DNA from: Batkoa obscura
Lineage: Eukaryota
Assembly: GCA_030770535.1 (NCBI GenBank)
Contig: JASVEC010000001.1
Span: forward strand, 744,001 to 808,000
Reading direction: 5' to 3'
DNA length: 64,000 nt
The first letter of the stretch is position 1, and each line of letters starts with the position of its first letter. Of the stretch, positions 1 to 13,243 are shown in pieces. The notes under the pieces are model-generated. The model was given only the letters and a program-made list of their open reading frames with translations. It did no database searches and was not told where the DNA came from. The position numbers and the translations under genes are program-made.

Positions 1-138
1 AAATGTACCTCAAATACAAAACAAAGCGACATAAAGCTAAAGATGATTTAGAAAAGGCTTAAAAAACCAATATTTAGACACATTTAAGTATATATCATAT
101 ATGACTATATACTTTTATAAGACATCGATTTTTATTAA

Positions 139-231
139 CCCTTTCAGTACCAAACAAATTTTCAAAAGTTCAGTTGGATTTAAATTAATTTAAAAATTGA
201 GCTCAAAACCTCGCCAATGAGACTGAAGGGG
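139..231. mobile_element. piggyBac-like miniature inverted-repeat element
   Basis: TTAA|CCCTTTCAGT ... ACTGAAGGGG|TTAA. TTAA lies on both sides (135-138, 232-235), termini are CCC/GGG, and the 10-bp TIR has 1 mismatch. Confidence 0.55.
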
Positions 232-300
232 TTAACTAAATAAAAAATCCCACCTATTTTTCAATATTGGAATTGATTTTTTAAATGTCAAATTTGACTC

Positions 301-333
301 TAGCCAATCAACTCTATTTTAAAAATGACTCAT
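301..333 (+). promoter_or_regulatory. CCAAT box and Gcn4/AP-1-type site upstream of GluRS
   Basis: TAGCCAATCA at 301-310 and ATGACTCAT at 325-333, about 50-80 bp upstream of ATG 383. Confidence 0.45.
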
Positions 334-382
334 AAAAAAACTTACACACGTTTTAAGCTCACTTTTAACAAAAACCAAGAAT

Positions 383-2667
383 ATGGCGGCTGTAGATAAA
401 CCAGTAAGTTGACATTTTCGTTAAACCCAAAAAAAATTAATCTTTGCGCCTCAACTAGAAAGATCAAGGAAGTTTTGAAATCGATTTAAAAGATGCTACT
501 GAAGGAGATGTAGTAACCCGTTTCCCCCCAGAACCCAGTGGTTATTTACATATTGGTCATGCTAAGGCTGCTTTATTAAACGATTATTTTTCTAAAGCTT
601 ATAAAGGAAAATTAATTATTCGTTTTGATGACACTAATCCTTCAAAGGAAAAGGTAAGCTTTTGAGTTTTTTATTCAAAAGAAAGAGGCTGATATTAATT
701 TTACTAGAGTGAGTTTGAAGAGAGTATTAAAGAAGATCTTTTATTATTAGGAATTAAAGGAGATGTTATTACTCATACTTCTGATCATTTTGATAAATTA
801 TATCAACTTGCTATTGATATCATTAAAAAGGGGTTAGCTTATGTAGACGACACTGATCAAAATACGGTATACTTTAATTTAAATATAAGTAGCTTAGCTA
901 ACAATTTAAAATAGATGAGAGACGAACGTATGAAAGGAATTGCATCTAAAAACCGTGATTTATCAGTTGAAGAAAATCTTAAACGTTTTCAAGAAATGAC
1001 TGAAGGAACTGAGTTTGTAAGATTTCATTTTTGGTTTATTATTTCAAAATATTAATTTAATTCATAGGGTTTAACAGCCTGTTTAAGAGCTAAAATGAGT
1101 GTTGATAACAAAAATAAAGCCATGAGAGATCCTGTTATTTATCGTTGTAATTTAACTCCACATCATAGAACTGGGTAAGCTATTAACTATTTTAGATATA
1201 AAATTTGATAATTAATTTTTATTTTTATTAGTTCCAAATATAAAGTTTATCCAACTTATGATTTTGCTTGTCCTGCTGTAGATAGTATTGAAGGTGTAAC
1301 TCATGCTTTAAGAACTAATGAATATCGCGATCGTAATCCACAATATGAATGGTTTTTAGAAAAATTAGAATTAAGAAAAGTTCATATTTGGGATTTTAGG
1401 TAACCTTATATATTCCATACCCACAAACTTTATAGTTGACTCTTATTTAGTCGTATTAACTTTGTTTATACTTTACTTTCCAAACGTAAATTACAATGGT
1501 TTGTTGATCAAAATTTGGTAACTGGATGGGATGATCCAAGATTCCCAACTGTCCGTGGTATCCGTCGTCGTGGTATGACTATTGATGCTTTAAAACAATA
1601 TATTTTAATGCAAGGTGCATCACAATCAACTCTTATGTTAGAATGGGATAAACTTTGGGCATTAAATAAAAAAAGTATTGATCCAGTTGCTCCAAGACAT
1701 GTAGCTTTAACTAAAGAGAATGTGTAAGTTTTTGTTTTATAAATAATTGAAAGCTATTAATAAGTTTTAGCTGTCAAGTTAAGATCATTGGTCATGAAGG
1801 TCTAGATTCTAAAGAGATTCCTTTGCATAAAAAAAATTTAGATTTAGGAAATAAAACTACCTATTATTCTTCCAATATTTACCTTGAACAAGAAGATGTT
1901 AAAGATTTAGTTAATGGTGAAGAAGTAAGTTAATCATTTAAGTATTTATTAATCATATATTTATTATTAATTAGATTACACTTATGGATTGGGGTAATGC
2001 CATTGTAGAAGAAGTAGTTAAAAATGAAAGCGGAATTGTAACTTCTGCTACTCTTAAATTACATCTTGAAGGTGATTTTAAAAAAACTAAAAAGAAGTTA
2101 ACTTGGTTAGCCAATACTGAAAAATTAATCAACTGTACTCTATTAGATTATGATTATTTAATCACAAAGAAAAAATTAGAAGAAAATGATGAAGTTGCTA
2201 ATTTTGTGACTCCAATTAGTGAATTTAAAACTAATACTTTTGCTGATCCTAATGTAGAATCTCTTAAAAAAGGTGATATTATTCAATTTGAACGTAAAGG
2301 TTACTATATCGTTGATAAGGAATATACCGATAGTGAACCTCATCTTAACTTGATTTATATCCCAGATGGTAAAGCCAAGAGTATGGCATCCAAAGCGGAT
2401 AAAGAACCAATTAAAACTGATAATAAGGAAGCAGCTGGATCCAAGAAAGCAGCCAAGAAAGCAGCAGATAAAGAAAAACGTAAAGATAAAAAGAAAGCTA
2501 ATAAAGAAAAGGAAGCTGGAGGTTATTTTTATGAAGATGGGATTGCCAAAAGTTTAAAACATTTAAATTTAAAATGCATGTATCAAGTCAAATCATTATA
2601 TAAAAATATGCAAACTCCAGATCCAAAGGATTGTTGTAAGATGTATATCTCCAAGAGTTACTATTAA
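383..2667 (+). CDS. GUS1: cytosolic glutamyl-tRNA synthetase (multi-exon)
   Basis: Spliced translation gives [17 protein letters not shown]...[24 protein letters not shown] (HIGH motif), [35 protein letters not shown] and [10 protein letters not shown]. Short GT-AG introns. Confidence 0.93.
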
Positions 2668-3351
2668 GGGAAAGTTGATTGATGAAATCATAGAGGAAAT
2701 AAAAATTGGTTGAAATGATATTGTATTAATGTGTTTCTTTATATTTGTTTATTAAATCCTGTAAAAACATGGATTACAGTTTCTAAATCGTTGCATTATT
2801 ACTTCTAAACTAATATTTTACTACAAATGCGTTTTTACACTCTGTTATAATAACAATCCTTATTATTATAAGCATTTTCACCCTATTAATTATTTATTAC
2901 TCTTTGTATTATAAAAATACCATAGCTATTATTATCGTAAACAATCCAACTATAAGTGCCCTGGAAGATTATTAAATAGATAGCCTTGCTTTACCTTGGA
3001 TAAGTCTTACATTTATAAGTTCTATTTATATTCAAGTATGATATTATTTTAGATTTGAGTCTTTTATTAATAAAATGGAGTGAGAAGACCAAGGCATGAC
3101 ATTGGGATTATCCAATTTAGATCAGAACCTTACACTAGTTTTAAATTAATAGAATTTTGTTAAAAGGAACGTGATAATTTAACTCCAATCCGTTAAAAAA
3201 AAGTCCAAAATTACGCAACAAAAATCATCAAAATACTCAAATATCTAAATAAAAACAATTTAACAGTCTATTTTCAACTCAGCATCTATTTCAATAATAT
3301 TAATCTTGAATACAAACTAGCGAAAAACCAATTTTAAGCTTTAATAATTCA

Positions 3352-6300
3352 ATGGATAAACGGATATCCAATATCTTACCCAAATTACGTAAAGCTTCTA
3401 TTGATCAAAATCAACATTTAAGTGAAATTGGAACTATAACCTCATCCACTTTTCCTCAACAAAAAGAAATTATTACTGAAACCAATCACGAGCCTTTAAC
3501 GTTAAAAGAAAAAGTAAAGTTAACCCAAAGTTATATTGATAGTTTACCTAGTTCAGTAAAAATAATACAAAAGAAAATGAGTCGTAGCCAAACGGAAAAA
3601 TCAATGAACAAAAAGATTAAAATATTAAAAGACGGAAAAGAGAAGATTAAAATTCGATTTAATACCTTGTTAGAGATATTGAGTAGGTTTTGATATTACA
3701 GTTTAATTTTTATTTTTCAATAATTGATTTCTATCTTTTATAGATGACTTACCAGATTATGAAAAACCTAATTTTTTTATTGAACATGCAGAAGCAATCT
3801 TTGATACTACCGGCTCTATGTTTTTGAAACTGGTTACTAAAATTAAGCGTAAGTAAATTTATTGTATAAATTATTAAATAATTAACTTGTATTAGAAAAA
3901 GGCAATTCCAGTATAAATTCGAAAGAGATATTATCTTTATATAAAACATTTCCAATATTGAAAATGATCTTTTTACACCTTAGAGAAAAAGTAAAGCAAG
4001 GCTGGCAAGAAGAAACATTATGTAATTTATATTTATATTAATAATTTTCATCTTAAACTTAATCATTTTTCTATTTATTTAGTATTATTATTAACACAAC
4101 TATTACATTATGGTAATCATCCTAAATTACGTGAACAAGGATTTGAATTGTTGTTATTATGGATAAGTATATTAAAAACACCAAATGAAGGACCGATATG
4201 GTTATATAGAAATAGTATAGCTTTAGATGTATATGCATTTGATAAATATAATTTAAATAATATAACAAATGATGTAACTGGAGTAGGATATAGTAAAATG
4301 GGACAGGAGTTAATTCATGTAGATGATCGAACACCTTTAGTATTAAATCCATCGCCACAATCTTATCATGATTCTAATAATTTGTTTATTATACTATTGA
4401 AAAATTTAATTAAACTAAGTTATATAGCTTCAGGGTTTACATTAAGTAGTAATTTAGATTTAACAGATAAACAAAAAGAAGAAAACGGATTTCCAAATGA
4501 AGATTATTATCAAGGTATGGGAATGGATTCAGCTTATGCTTCAGTAAAGTTTATGTTTTTATTATTTCAAAATTTCTATTTAGCTAAATTATTTCCAATT
4601 AATAATCAAGATTTATTTTCTCCAGCAACTCAATCTCAATTTAATAATTTACAAAATTGTCCACCTTCTTTGTTGAAAATATTTATTTTATTTTTAGTAC
4701 AAAATTGTTTAGATGATGGCTTTAAATTGAAAGGTTTAAATCAATTTAATATAAACAATAATAATAATCAATATAACAACAATTCAGAAATTCGTTCTTC
4801 TCCTGCTTGTCCAATATTAAAGAAATTAATATTTAGTACAAATGTTTCTAGAGATTTTATCAATGATATATTAAGACAGTCTTTAAATTTAATTAAATTT
4901 GGTTTTAACCAACAAGCTATGGAAACTGTACGTGGAGCTATATTAATTATTGGTACTTGGTTCTTAGCAGATGATAATGAAAAACCAGTATTTTTAAGAC
5001 CAATAAATAATAATAATAATGAAACGAGTGCTAATAATAATTATAATGAACATGTATTATATTATTTAAGGTTATTACAAAATACAATAAATTTTAATAT
5101 TCAATATTCAATATTAGATAAAATAAAAAGGAACTCGAGAGAAGATATGTTTAATACAACAATATCAGATTATGATACAAATCAACAAAAGAATATTGGT
5201 AAAGCACATATAATGGAATTAACGGAATATCAAGCTAAATGTTATGAAGAAATATTTTTAATATTTAAAGCAATAATAAGTAATTCTAATAATTCTTTTA
5301 ATTTAAAATGTAAACGATTTGTTTGTGAAATATTATTGGAATTGAATGAACAATTTTTATATTTATTAGAAAATGAACCAACATTAATATTATCTCATGC
5401 AACAGGTAAATTTGAATGTAAATCCAAATGGTTAAATTTTATATTAGATAGTTTACATGAAGCTTTATTTTATGCTTGGTCCTGTTCTAATTTAGATGAT
5501 AAAAGTTTATGGTTAAGTTATCAACAATCTTTAATTAATTCAACAATTTTACCAACAGCAATTAAACATTGGTGTATTACATTAAAAAGAATAACAAGGA
5601 TATTAATTAATAAACTATATGGTTTAGAATTAGATTTCAATCGAATTGATTTATTAGATTTATTAAATTATGGGACTAAAAAAATAAATAAAGGAGGCAT
5701 TAAAAATATACAATCTAAAAAAGAATTAGTTAAATTAAAAGAAAATTTACATAAAGAATTAAAAAATAAAGAGTATAAAAGATCATCAAGTCAAACATCT
5801 AACAAAATTAATTTAGTTAAAAAAAATTTATCGATTAGTCGACGAGGAAGTACAAAAATAAGTAATAATAAGTTATCATTAGATGAAACAATTAATAACA
5901 CTAATAATAATGTTAATAATACTAATAATAGTAATATATTGAGTAATAATAATAATAATAGTAATAATAATTTACCAGATATATATGGATTTTATTTATT
6001 ATCTAATTATTATAGATTAATTATACATCCAAATTTACCTAGATCTTCTACTTCATCTATTCATTCTTCTCATACTCATTCTTCTTCTCAAGGTTCTCAA
6101 CAAACCCCAAATTCATTATCACCAAAAATGACAAATTCATTATCACCAATACAAACAAATGATGATAATAATAATAATAATATACAATTAGAAAAAAATA
6201 ACAATAATAATATATATGGACATTGTATATTTGATCATACATTTAATAAAATAATATCAACAGAAATTAATTATTCAATATTGAACTGGAATTCATCTGA

Positions 6301-8798
6301 AGCAGTCTTTTTATGGAAAAATATATTATCATGTTTAGGTAATATTAATGAAATTAAATCTAATCGACATCAAGAAATCACCTTAAAATGTATTGTTGAA
6401 GTATATGATGCCTTACAATCAATTAAATCATTTCGATCCCCACATCAAATCAGTATTCCATGTATTAAAGAAATGTCCATATGGATTATAGGAGCTTTAG
6501 ATTTACCCTCAATTTATGAAAATGGTAAATCAATAGCTTTTGAGTGGATGTGTCGAGTGATGTCCCACCGTAGAACACATGATAAATTTTTATTATTAGA
6601 AAATCCATTGTCATTTTATCAACAATTATTGAAAGCATTAACAAGTAAAAATCCTAAATTATTTCAAATTATATTAGAACAAGGAACCTTTGCCTTTTCA
6701 AGAATGTTACCTGGGATTAACTTATTAGCACCAACATTAGTAGATACAATTAAATTTATGTTAGAAGAACCAAAACCTAATATTGCAGGTAGAACTCGAT
6801 TACCCGAAGAATTAAGACAAAAATGTATTACAATGTTAGCTTCTCTTTTACATTTACCTTATCAATTCAAAGGTATGGAACTACCTAATTTAAATCAATT
6901 AAAATCATCTATTAAAGATGGCAATAAACCAATTAAAGTTGAAGAAATTGGACAAAAAATTAAAAGTATATTACATTATTTATTAGATGAAGATGAATGG
7001 TCTACTCAATTAGAAACTTATCCAACTACCTATTCAATGATTATATGTGCTTTATGTGTACAAACTACACATGAAATAGGACATATTAATAGTTTAGATA
7101 AACAATTAATTAAAAGTAATTTAACAGCAATATTAGATCAATTATATTCAAGTCATTATATATTAGTTAATTCAGCTATTGATTGTATATCTTCTTTTGC
7201 ATTAACATTTTCTAATCTAATTTTAATTGATTCAAGTTATTTAAGATCAATATTAGAAGATATTATTGGAGCAATTAAAGTTCATTTAAATTTATTAAAT
7301 AATAATTCATCAAGTCAAAATCGATATGTATTAACTCGATTATTTGCATGTTTATTAGAATGGTTAATGATTTCACCAAAAAATTTATTTTTAGAATCAA
7401 AATTAGAAAAAGCAATATTAGGTATATTAGAAAGAGCAATTATTGAAAATCAAACAAAAAATTTAATGTGTTCTGATGTTAAAGATGCAGCTAATGTAGT
7501 ATTATATCAATTAATTAATCATTTTGGTATGGATTTTAGAATTCAAAATCAATTTTCTTTAGAAACTGATTTAATTGAAATGGAATATGATACAGAAATA
7601 TTAAGTAAATGTGAATTTATTGCATTTAATGATAATGTTATATTTGCTATTTATCCACCTAATTCATTAGAAAAAAATTGTTTAAAAATTAGAAACTTTT
7701 TAGGTAAATTTGCTTGGGATATTAATAATAGTAATAATAATAATAATAATCAAAAATTAATAAGTGAGGAAGACAATAAACCAATAATAGAAACAATTAA
7801 TAATAATAATAATAATAATCAACAACAAGAAGAAAATGAAATTAAATTTAATTGGAATTATCCTATTGAAGATAAACCTAATCATTTAATAACTAATAAT
7901 GAAGAAGATAATGAAGATAATTTGATAGATAATTATATTGAATTTGAAGAACCACCAATGTTTGATTATGAAGAACCTTTATTAAATAAAATTGATATGT
8001 TAGAATCGGCCTTAGATTTTGTTGAACAAAGTTTTGAAGATCATGGATATTCTCATTGGGTAAGAACAATACCCAATCGTAAAGTCATACAATCTAAACA
8101 TATTCAAACAGAAGAAAACAATTATAATAATAAAGAATATTATAAAATTCCTTATAATGAAAATAAGAATAATAATGAATCTAATAATTTATTAAGAGAA
8201 CATCAAACATTATTATCATATTTACAAATTATATCCACAGAAAAAATGAATTATAATAAATTAGTTATGTTAAAAAATAGTGATTCATTTATAAGAGATT
8301 TAAAAGCATTAGATCGTAAACATAGTAGAGAAACAATAAAAATAGCTTTAATTTATGTCAAAGATGGACAAACAAGTGAAGATAGTATTTTATTAAATGA
8401 AAGTAGTTCTATAGAATTTGAATCATTTACTAAGAATTTGGGTTGGGAAGTTGAATTAAAAACACATGGAGGTTATTTAGGTGGATTAGAAAGAAATGGA
8501 GTTAATGGAAAAACATCTATATATTATTCTAATCCAACATTAGAAATAATGTATCATGATATAACACGAATGCCCAACGATATTAAAGATATTTATCAAG
8601 TTAAAAAGAAACGACATGTTGGTAATGATCCAGTTCATATTGTTTGGAATGAAAATCAATGTGATTATTCTCCATTAACTATTGGGGGTGATTTTGGTAA
8701 TGCTCAAATTATTATTCATCCAATGAAAAATCAATTATTTGATATAAGAATTTATAAAGATGGACAAGTAAGTTTACTATAAATAATAATAATAATAA

Positions 8799-8829
<31 letters not shown>

Positions 8830-9230
8830 AAGAGAAGGAAGAATTTAACTAATTTTCTTTTTAGTGTGGTCATTTTGGTCCATTAATTACTGGTATGGTA
8901 ATACCTAAAAATATATTAGCTTCTTTAGTACGTACAACAGCAATTAATGCTTATAGATCTATACTTTGTAGATCATTAAATTATAATTATAATGCACTTC
9001 ATCCGTAAGTTATTTATTTATTTATAATATAGATAAAAATATTAATATAATATTAATAATTTATATTTTAGATCTATTGAACGATCTCATGAAATTCATG
9101 CTATGATTAGAAAACATAAAATTGATGGGGAAGGGTAAATTGAATTATTTTAATTGTAGAAATATTAAAGTCAATGTTTTGTTTTTTTAGAAAAGGAATG
9201 GAACTAATGAAAAAAATTTACCAATTTTAA
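3352..9230 (+). CDS. Rap/Ran-GAP-domain protein, Ral GTPase-activating protein alpha subunit-like (multi-exon)
   Basis: C-terminal RapGAP domain (RETIKIALIYV, FTKNLGWEV, EIMYHD, KKRHVGND.VHIVW, FGPL). N-terminal exons give LLHYGNHPKLREQGFELLLLWI, resembling the RalGAP-alpha N-terminus. The last exon and stop (9230 vs about 9139) are uncertain. Confidence 0.8.
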
Positions 9231-10382
9231 ATATTAAAAAGGAGAAATGGGTTTTAATAAAGAAAGTATTATTTATTTGAAATTAATAATAAAAAAGGAA
9301 TTAAAATAAAATATTTTGTTATTGTTATTTTAAAAAAAAAATTGATTAATTATTTTTTAATATATTTTTTTGAGAATTTAATGAAAAGGAATCAAAAGAG
9401 ATTCAAGTATCCTATATGTTTTGATTATTTAACTTATTAAAAGGTCGAGATCTTTTTGAATATTTTATTTCATAGTATCCTATTTTATTATTCTTTAAAT
9501 GAATTAAATGCTTTATTCTTGTATTGTACAAATTTCAAGAATTAGTATAAGAATGAAGACTCTCATAATGAATTTTATTTTTTAAACTAATTTAGTGTAA
9601 TTTGTTTTAAATTTAAATGCTAATTTAATTTAACTTTTAATTTCATTTTTTATTTAAAACAAATTTTATTAAAATAATTTAAATATTAACTATATCATCT
9701 TTCATATCTTCTTAAAACATTTAAAAATGATATTAATGTTTTTTGTATTATTAATAGAATTTAACACATAAATTGAATTTTATTGTTATTAAACTTATTA
9801 ATTTTATATTAAAATTAATTATTTTAGATTATTTTTATAAACTGAAATATACACTTTCAATTTTCCATAAGTTTAGATTTATAATTTTAGTCAAAGACGT
9901 TACCTCTTAAAAAATAGTGGCTTTATTAAAGGACAAAATGCAACTTCAATTGAAGAACAAAATACTCAATTTTAAGCCCCAGTTCATTTTTTTGAATAAA
10001 AAGACATTATTATTTACCCAGTTGATGATGAAGATTATAATATCATTTACTTTTTATAGTATTTACAATAAACTAGAGATAAGTAATAAGACTAAATATT
10101 CCATTAAATGATTTAATTAACCAGTTAAAAAAATCATAAATATTTTAAATTTAAGTTTGAATAAGAGTTATGTGAATAGTTAATAACCGTAAATTTAACA
10201 TTAAAATCAATAGATTTTTATTTATGTATGAAAAAGATCAGCTGATAAATAATAATAATAATAATGTCAACAAGTTGAAAAAAAAGTATATAAATAACTT
10301 GAGAGTGGGAAAATAAGATTAATCATTCTTATATTATTTTATATTATTTTTGTAATAATAATTCAATAAATAAGTAAATAAA

Positions 10383-10455
10383 ATGAAGTTAATATCAATT
10401 AATTTCCTACTTCATTATCTTCTAATTTCTATCACCTCCTTAGCTATTGACCTCC

Positions 10456-10497
<42 letters not shown>

Positions 10498-12373
10498 AAG
10501 AAATTGCCCAAGGTTGTGATTCGGAATTATATTGTGATGGAGAAATATTAAAACAAGTTCAATTACATCAAGTTTATCCAGATGGAAAAACATTCGTTGA
10601 TATGGCTACCAAAAAACCATTACAACAAGTATTAAATAATTATAAATCTTTAGGTACTAATATAACTAAAGAATCTTTACTTGGCTTTTTAAACGAGAAC
10701 TTTCATGAAGCTGGATATGAATTAGTACAATCTAGTTTAACAGATTATAAAGAGATGCCTTTGTTTTTAACTGATATTAAGGACCCAATCTTAAAATCAT
10801 TTGGACAAAAGGTACATTCTTATTGGACAACATTAGTAAGAAAAATTGATTTAAGTAAACTTTGTGTTGGATGTGTTAGTAGTTATTTAAAGACATCTCA
10901 TCCCTTTGTAGTACCTGGTGGAAGATTTCGAGAATTTTATTATTGGGATACTTATTTTGCTTTACAAGGTTTATTATTAGGGGAATTATATGATACAAGT
11001 AAAAATATAATATTAAATTTTTTGGAATTTGTAGATGAATATGGGTTCATGCCTAATGGTGCTAGAATTTATTTTTTAAATCGATCTCAACCTCCACTAT
11101 TAATTCCTATGGTTTATGATTATATTGAAAAAACTAAGGATTTTGACTTGTTAAAAAGAGCTATTAATACTTTAGATAAAGAATACAATTATTGGCTAAA
11201 ATATCATTCAATTGAAGTAGAATGTGGCAAATTAAAAGATCAAAATATTCAAAATTGTTATTTGACTCGATATTATGTTAATAATACTAAACCAAGACCA
11301 GAATCTTATAGAGAAGATTATATTACTGTGGAATTATCAAATAAGAATTTTACATTAAAAGAGAAAGAGAATTTATATGCAGATATTGCAACTGGTGCTG
11401 AATCTGGTTGGGATTATTCCACTCGTTGGTTAAGTAATGATTTTGAACCTAATCTTAATCAAACAAATGAAGAAATATTAAGTCATTTGAAAACTAGAGA
11501 AGTAATACCAGTTGATTTAAATTCAATTATGTATTTAAATGAAAAATTATTATCTAAATTACATTTGATGATGTTTAATTTAACTAATCAAAAAGATAGT
11601 AATTTAAATCAAAAGAAATGTAATCAACATTTAACGTTATCAAACAAATATCTCAAAGCAAGTGAATTAAGAAAACAATTAATGTATAATATATTTTGGA
11701 ATCAAAAAGATTTTACATTTTATGATTATAATATTGTCACTAAATCAACTATTAATAAATTTTCTGCTTCTAATTATTGGCCTTATTGGACTGGTGCTTT
11801 AAGTGATGAGATATTGAATAATGATTTTAATTTATTGAATGCATTTAATAAGATTGAAGAAATTAGTTTAAAATATCCAGGTAAATTTAGAATATATTAT
11901 GTATATCTTATAATAATAATTATTAATTGAATTTATCTTTAGGAGGTATCCCGTCTACTTTAGTGAATTCCAAATTACAATGGGATTTACCTAATTCATG
12001 GCCACCTTTAGAATATGTAATTATATTTGGTATTAAAAATCATATGAAACTCCTTCATGATAAACATCTTCTTATTAAATCAGAGAAACTTCAACGATTG
12101 AATGTTGATCTATCTAATAAATTTGTGAATACTGTTTTCTGTGCATGGTATCAAACTGGAGGTTCTTTGAAAGATTTAGTAATGAAAGATCCAAATGCAC
12201 CAGCTGATCAAGAAGGTCATATGTTTGAGAAATTTAATGTAACTTCAATTGGAAGATCAGGTGGTGGTGGTGAATATCAAGTTCAAACTGGTTTCGGTTG
12301 GACTAATGGGGTCTTACTTTCAATTTTGAATTTGTTTAATAAGGATTTAAAGGCACCTAAATGTACCAATTAA
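10383..12373 (+). CDS. secreted trehalase, glycoside hydrolase family 37
   Basis: Signal peptide and poly-Thr linker; motifs DGKTFVD, VPGGRFREFYYWDTY, NRSQPP, PRPESY, AESGWDYSTRW, QWDLPNSWPP, EY.VQTGFGWTNG. One intron at 11881-11942 joins the two ORF-track pieces. Confidence 0.93.
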
Positions 12374-12901
12374 TTATTTTATTAAATATTGAAATAAAAT
12401 TTAAAATAATATTATACTAAAAGATATCTTTGTTATATTTGTTATCTTAGTTTCATTTGTTAATTATATTAATTATATTGATAATAAATGATTAAATATA
12501 TATTACTTTGAATCGATAATCTAAATTAGAATTATTAGTTTTTTTAATGAAATAGAAATCTTTTGTTGACTTTGTTTATAATATACAATGTATATTATTA
12601 ATCAATAATATATTAAATATAGATTATTTAATAATACTGTTAAAATCTAAAGTTATCGAAATTTCTAGTTATTTCAAGAAAAGTTTGAAAAGTTTTAAGT
12701 AGAGTCGATTTATTATTGGTTATCTATTCAATTGACCAATTAAATTCAATTTGATTACTAATTGTGACTATTGAAATAAATCTTACAGTAATTTCAAAAA
12801 TGTATAAATAATGACGATTGTAAACAAAGCTTTATATTTTTGATTTAAAAAAATTTTTAATACAATTTTGTTTTAAATTTTAAAAAGAAAGTTAATTAAT
12901 T

Positions 12902-13210
12902 ATGGGCTCTTCGATATCACTTATGAATCGTCGACAGAATAATATTAATAATATTAATAATTCTTCATCAAACAATAGTATTATTGAAATTCAAAATCAC
13001 CAAGTTAATCTTTTAACTAATGATAACCGTAATAATAATGAAGCGATAACTGAAACAAATGAGTCAATGGCTGAAGTTAACTTTATTGAGTTAAATAACA
13101 ATATTAATCTAATTGATAATAATAATAATAATAATTTATTAAATATTAATCAACAAATTCAAAATGATCTTTCAAATGAATTAAATAATTCTATTGATCT
13201 TATTGATTTA

Positions 13211-13243
<33 letters not shown>

